From contig OZ219917.1 of assembly GCA_964291415.2 (NCBI GenBank), forward strand, positions 1,152,001 through 1,216,000: a DNA stretch of 64,000 nt, given 5' to 3'. The DNA comes from Alphaproteobacteria bacterium. GTDB lineage: Bacteria; Pseudomonadota; Alphaproteobacteria; SP197. The first letter of the stretch is position 1, and each line of letters begins with the position of its first letter. The notes under the pieces were generated by a model, which made no database searches, was not told where the DNA came from, and saw only the letters and a list, made by a program, of their open reading frames with translations. The translations under genes were made by a program, and so were the position numbers. Below are positions 59,242 to 64,000 of this stretch, piece after piece.

Positions 59242-60456
59242 ATGATGTTTCGCCTCATCGAGAGAAACGCTCGTTTCCGGGTCTTCGTGCTTGCGCAATG
59301 CGTCCTGAACGCCGCGGAAGCCGCAGGCGATGTCATCATTCCCCTGATCGTTCTTGACCTCACCGGATCTGCAACCCTTGTGTCGTTCGTTGTCGTCCTG
59401 GAGATGGTGCCGTACTTCGTGTTTCATCTTCCATTCGGCGCCATCCTCGATCGGCGCGACCGAAAGCGGCTGATGATCCTGGCCGATCTCGGCCGTGCCC
59501 TCCTGCTTCTCCTTGTCGTCATCGTCCACCTTCTGAACGGACCTGTTCTCATCGCCCTGTTTGCGGCTGCCGTACCGTTCGGAACCCTGTCGTCGGTCTC
59601 GAATGCGGCGCGGTCGGCGATCGTGCCGCAGCTCGTCGAGAAGACCGAACTTGAAGGCGCCTACGGATGGACGGAGGCCACCGAGTCGGTTGCCTGGATC
59701 GCCGGACCCGCCGTCGCCGGCTTCACCGTGGCGATGGTTGGAGCCGTCGAGGCACTGTCGCTCGTATCCGCGTTTCTCGCCGCATTCGCCCTTGCGATCC
59801 TTTTCGTCAGGATCGACTCACCGGCCGACGTCTCTTCAAGCAACGGCAGCCTCCTGCGCGATATCCGCGAGGGCCTGGTGTTCTTCCTGGGTCATGCGCG
59901 CCTGCGCACCATGCAGTTGATCTGGACCGCCTACGGTGCCGTCGGATACGGCGTTGTCCTGGGACTTGTCTACGTGGGTTCCGGAGGTGATGCCAGCGAT
60001 GCCCTCGCGGCGTCCTACGCCGTGTCTTCCTATGCGGCCGGTTCAGTGTTGGGGACGTTGTGTTCCGGCTATCTCAGGTTGAGGAGCGGGAACATCCCGG
60101 CCTGTTGTCTGATCGTGTTTTCGGCCGGCGCGGCGCTCGTTGCCCAGGGGGGCCTTCATTTCCTTACTTCTGGCGCCTTCCTCATCGGAGCCGGCGAAGG
60201 ATTCCTGCTTGTGCTCTACCTCTCGGCCAGGGCCTCGCACACGCCCGACCACCTGATGGCACGCGTCGTGAGTGCCTCCGCCCTGCTCGACAAGGGAGCG
60301 GGAATGCTGGCCGCGTTGTGGATCGGATTCTCGTTAAGCCTCGTCGGCGGCGGCGCAACGTTCCTGGTGATCGCGGGGCTCGGCATGGTCCTGGCGTTCC
60401 TCGCAGTTGTGTTCAGATCGGGGCTGGAACGCCGAACCGGTTCCCCCGGTCCCTGA
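59242..60456 (+). CDS. MFS transporter
   Basis: GAILDRRDRKRLM motif A, about 12 TM segments. Confidence 0.9.
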   Translation: MMFRLIERNARFRVFVLAQCVLNAAEAAGDVIIPLIVLDLTGSATLVSFVVVLEMVPYFVFHLPFGAILDRRDRKRLMILADLGRALLLLLVVIVHLLNGPVLIALFAAAVPFGTLSSVSNAARSAIVPQLVEKTELEGAYGWTEATESVAWIAGPAVAGFTVAMVGAVEALSLVSAFLAAFALAILFVRIDSPADVSSSNGSLLRDIREGLVFFLGHARLRTMQLIWTAYGAVGYGVVLGLVYVGSGGDASDALAASYAVSSYAAGSVLGTLCSGYLRLRSGNIPACCLIVFSAGAALVAQGGLHFLTSGAFLIGAGEGFLLVLYLSARASHTPDHLMARVVSASALLDKGAGMLAALWIGFSLSLVGGGATFLVIAGLGMVLAFLAVVFRSGLERRTGSPGP

Positions 60457-60665
60457 CGACGTCGGGCGGGAGGCATGCGTGGCCAGGATTGACTCGCTAT
60501 CTCCCTTCCAGTCCCCAGGCATTCAGGTCGGCCTGTCGGAACACGGGGACCAGGCATGGTAGAACGCGGGATCCAGCCGAACACGATTGACCGGTCTTCA
60601 GTGTGTCTGGGGAGGCTGGCAAAAGGGCGGGCCTTCAGCCGAGCCGCGTGATTGGAGTGATTCAC

Positions 60666-61097
60666 ATGAAACCGGACGAGATGACGCGTGGCGGGTGTCT
60701 TTGCGGCAGCATTCGATTCCGCATCGATGGAAAGATTGGAGACGCCAACTACTGCCATTGTCGAGATTGTCGACGCGCGAATGGCAGTGCGTTCAATGTC
60801 GGTGTGCGGGTTGAGAAGTCGGCGTTCAGTCTTGAAGGTTCTTCACTCTCCTCGTTCACAACGTCTGGAGAGAGTGGGGGAGAGGTTGCGCGATTCTTCT
60901 GCAGGGTTTGCGGATCACCTGTCTTCACGAGTTCATCTCGCAATGACAAGGTCGTCCATGTGAAGGCGGGGTCATTTGACGACCCCGATGTCGTTGTTCC
61001 CGGATATCAGATTTGGACTGTTTCAAGAGTGCGGTGGGCGAAGCCGCCGCCTGAGATCGTCTCATTCTGCAAGAACAGGCCGAGGCATAAGCAGTGA
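60666..61097 (+). CDS. GFA/CENP-V family protein
   Basis: GGCLCG, CHCRDCRR, RFFCRVCGS. Confidence 0.9.
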   Translation: MKPDEMTRGGCLCGSIRFRIDGKIGDANYCHCRDCRRANGSAFNVGVRVEKSAFSLEGSSLSSFTTSGESGGEVARFFCRVCGSPVFTSSSRNDKVVHVKAGSFDDPDVVVPGYQIWTVSRVRWAKPPPEIVSFCKNRPRHKQ

Positions 61098-61786
61098 GCA
61101 AGGCAGTGCGGGAAACGAACACCGGTACTTTTCGTCTTGATGCGCAACGGGAGCCTCTCCTCGCAAGACATCCGACTGATCCGCCAGCCCTCGTATGCGG
61201 CGACAGCGGTAACGCACACGGATCTCCAGGACGTTCCGGGTGCGCTTCCTCGAAGGGAGGACCTGTGGCAGACGGCGGGACCGGTCGAGGCGTCCGCCTT
61301 CAGCGCAACCTGCCAGGTCCGCCACAGATCGGCCACCAGCTGCCGCCGTCGTCGCGTCTGCGACGGCATCAGGCCGCCATGCTTCCATGGCTCTCCGGTT
61401 GGTCATCGAGAGACCGGCCGGGACTTTCTGACGATCCTTGGTCCGAACGACGGAAAGCGGGTCAGTGCATCACATCCTCGGCATAGGGCAAGGCAGGCGC
61501 GGCCAACGGGCAATCGACATCGACGTGTTGTTCGACAGGCCTGTATGGCTCGCACTCTACGGCCCCGGCCAGCGATCCGGACATTCAGCGCGAGATCATC
61601 AAGGGCTTCGATTCAATGATGGTCTTGCTCGACGCCATCTTTCGGGATGTGTGTCGCAGTTCTCCGAACCCGGTCGGAAGCGCTCGTTCGGCGACGGTTG
61701 AAAAACGTCGCTAAACCGAAGAAAGTAGCGACGGAACCAGGTGCGATCCATCACTCGCTCTCGTCGCCCGGCGTTCCGGAAAGCGC

Positions 61787-62068
61787 ATGGAGATTCACAT
61801 CACGGACAACGCAGGCGGCGTTCCGCCCGACACCATCGACAGGATGCTCAATCCCTTTGTTGCCGCCAGGCCGCCGGAGCGGGGCACTGCGTTGGGCCTT
61901 GGTCTCTCAAACAATGTCATGTGTCGGCACGGGGGTGGGATCAGAGAGGGGCCTGAACCGGGTGAATTCATCGACATGATTGTCATGCCGCGTACGGAAT
62001 CGCCGTCGGAAGCGGGCGGTGATGGAATCACGGATATGCGGGACAACGGCCGGGAGCACATCACATGA
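61787..62068 (+). pseudogene. Histidine kinase HATPase fragment
   Basis: ITDNAGGVP...PF...GTALGLGLS...HGG, with no N-terminal domains. Confidence 0.7.
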
Positions 62069-63330
62069 CGCCAGCGACGAGACGGCACGTTCTCCGGTAC
62101 GGTCTTGCCGGATGCCTGATGGGGCTCGGTGCGAAATCGCTTGGCGCGGCGACGTCATCTGGAGTCACCGACAGTGAGATCGTGCTGGGAATGTCTGCCG
62201 CATTCTCAGGGCCGTCCCGTGGTCTCGGCATAGAGCTGTTTCGCGGAGCGAGCGCCTACTTCGAGCATGTCAACCGGCACGGTGGCGTCGGAGGCAGGAA
62301 GGTCGTCCTGAAGACCTACGACGACGGCTATCAACCCAACCCGGCGGTCAAGAACACGCTGACTCTCATGCTGGAGGACGACGTCTTCGCCTTGTTCGGC
62401 TATGTCGGCACACCGACGGTCACGCGTGTCCTTCCCATGCTCAAGAAGTTCCAGGAGAAACAGATCTACCTGTTCTTTCCTTTCACCGGCGCGCAGCCCC
62501 AGCGGGAGCCGCCCTATGGCCCCTTCGCCTTCAATCTGCGCGCCTCCTATCGCCAAGAGACAGCCGGCCTTGTCCAGAACTTCGTCAACATCGGCCGCAG
62601 ACGCATTGCGGTCTTCTATCAGGCCGACGCCTACGGCCGCAGCGGCTGGGCGGGTGTGCGCCGGGCGCTCAAGCAGTATGGAGAGCAGATTGTCGGCGAG
62701 GCGACCTACAGGCGGGGCTCGAAGTTTACCGGCGTCATGCGAGATCAGGTGGAGATTCTCAAGGCATCACGCCCCGATGCCGTCATTTGCATCGGAGCGT
62801 ACGCCGCATGCGCTGCGTTTCTCCGAGATGCCGTGGACCTTGGGTTGCAGGTGCCTATAGCCAATGTGTCCTTTGTCGGGAGCGAGAATCTGCTCAATCT
62901 CATCACACAGGGGCGCGACGACGGCGAGCGTTACACCGCTCTGCTGGTGAATTCGCAGGTCGTGCCCAGCTACCACGATACGTCGATTCCGGCAGTCAGG
63001 CAGTACCAGGAATTGATGGCGCGCCATGATCCTTCCGCGCCGCAGGAATTGTTGACGGAAAGCTACACGCCGTTTTCACACAGCTTTGTAAGTCTAGAGG
63101 GCTTCCTTGATGCCAAGATGATGGTCGAAATTCTGGGACGCCTCGGCGAAATGCCGGAACGTGGGGCGCTGGAGGATGCCGTGTTCAGCATAACGGACTA
63201 TGACCTGGGGATTGGCGAGGCGGTGTCGTTCGGACCGGAGAGGCGTCAAGGCTTGCAAAAGGTCTACTACACCGTAGTCGATGAAGGTCGCTTTGTGCCG
63301 CTCCACAACTGGCAGGAGAGGTTTGCGTGA
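62065..63330 (+). CDS. ABC-type (LivJ-like) substrate-binding protein, Tat-like signal
   Basis: TRRHVL, GMSAAFSG, DDGYQP, YVGTPT, FNLRASY. Confidence 0.9.
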   Translation: MTPATRRHVLRYGLAGCLMGLGAKSLGAATSSGVTDSEIVLGMSAAFSGPSRGLGIELFRGASAYFEHVNRHGGVGGRKVVLKTYDDGYQPNPAVKNTLTLMLEDDVFALFGYVGTPTVTRVLPMLKKFQEKQIYLFFPFTGAQPQREPPYGPFAFNLRASYRQETAGLVQNFVNIGRRRIAVFYQADAYGRSGWAGVRRALKQYGEQIVGEATYRRGSKFTGVMRDQVEILKASRPDAVICIGAYAACAAFLRDAVDLGLQVPIANVSFVGSENLLNLITQGRDDGERYTALLVNSQVVPSYHDTSIPAVRQYQELMARHDPSAPQELLTESYTPFSHSFVSLEGFLDAKMMVEILGRLGEMPERGALEDAVFSITDYDLGIGEAVSFGPERRQGLQKVYYTVVDEGRFVPLHNWQERFA

Positions 63331-63331
63331 C

Positions 63332-64000
63332 ATGAAAATACCGAAACTCTTCCGAAGGACACTCTTTGGCGTTTTCTTTCTGTTCGGTGTGATCGGCGTG
63401 TCGACATCCTGGCTTAGCATTTATGCGGTCGATACACATTTGTCCAAGGAATACGAGGCGAACAGCAAGGGAATTGCGAAGACGATTGCGGATGCCAGTG
63501 TCGACATCCTGTTGAACAGCAACCTGACTGCCTTGCAGTCCCTTATTGATCAGTTCATCGAGATTCAGGGGGTAAGCTACATCTACATTGTCAGCGAAAC
63601 CGGCGAGATCCTTGCCCATACCTTCGTCCCGGGCATTCCGGAGGAAATCAGGGCTGGTGACGTGACCAGCACGACGACGGTGGAACGCAGCTTGCCCGGT
63701 ATGGGCGACTTCATTGAAGTGGCGAGCCCGATCCTGGCGGGCGTGGCTGGCACGGTGCACATAGGCATGGACACCGGGTTGATCGCCTTGAAGATTCAGA
63801 GAGCAATCGGTCAGCAAGTCTACCTCATGTGCATGATTTTTGTTGTCGGTGTCTTTGCCGCGATTTGGTTCGTCAATTTTGCTGCCAAGCCGGTTGACGG
63901 ACTTCTGAGCTTCGCGGTCGGGCTCGCGAGAGAACAATCGGCTGACGGCGCCACGCGTGAGAGGTTGCTGGCGCGCAATGACGAAGCCGGCGATCTGGCA
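63332..64000 (+). CDS. Membrane sensor with HAMP domain (partial, runs off the window)
   Basis: MKIPKLFRRTL, TM-periplasmic-TM, then KP...RNDEAGDL. Confidence 0.75.
   Translation, partial: MKIPKLFRRTLFGVFFLFGVIGVSTSWLSIYAVDTHLSKEYEANSKGIAKTIADASVDILLNSNLTALQSLIDQFIEIQGVSYIYIVSETGEILAHTFVPGIPEEIRAGDVTSTTTVERSLPGMGDFIEVASPILAGVAGTVHIGMDTGLIALKIQRAIGQQVYLMCMIFVVGVFAAIWFVNFAAKPVDGLLSFAVGLAREQSADGATRERLLARNDEAGDLA

Noticed and set aside
61094-61780. Several short ORFs before the kinase fragment
   Set aside because: No recognisable motifs; probably decayed sequence.
1-64000. tRNA/rRNA genes
   Set aside because: None recognised; the visible att site is in a protein-coding gene.

Overview
GC-rich, probably alphaproteobacterial window (inference) made mostly of two related integrative mobilizable elements (IMEs). 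Each has a tandem pair of Arm-domain tyrosine integrases and a MOBF/TrwC relaxase, and they lie back to back around a host catabolic operon (class III aminotransferase, tmpA/tmpB-like, NIPSNAP, cysteine hydrolase, TauD). The right element (33984-56616) has both att cores visible (CACACCGACCA) and splits a TauD dioxygenase at its HxD codons. Its cargo is an HNH-like protein, HigA, an MmeI-like R-M enzyme, a DUF433/GIY-YIG/PIN-kinase/vWA/PP2C defence-like operon and three RHH genes. The left element (<1 to ~29540) carries a TbpB-like lipoprotein plus Slam translocon, a decayed class IIC intron that is itself split by a large-serine-recombinase element, an adaptation-less type I-G (I-U) cas operon with a cryptic CRISPR array of highly divergent repeats, IS256, a COMMD-like operon, and a RIT element inserted in one of its integrases. 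Best leads: (1) the divergent-repeat I-G array, (2) a gene that gains its start codon only when the serine-recombinase element circularises, (3) the COMM-domain-like operon, (4) the two-integrase IME family. All family calls come from motif recognition by eye; no searches were run. Several frameshifts could be assembly errors.
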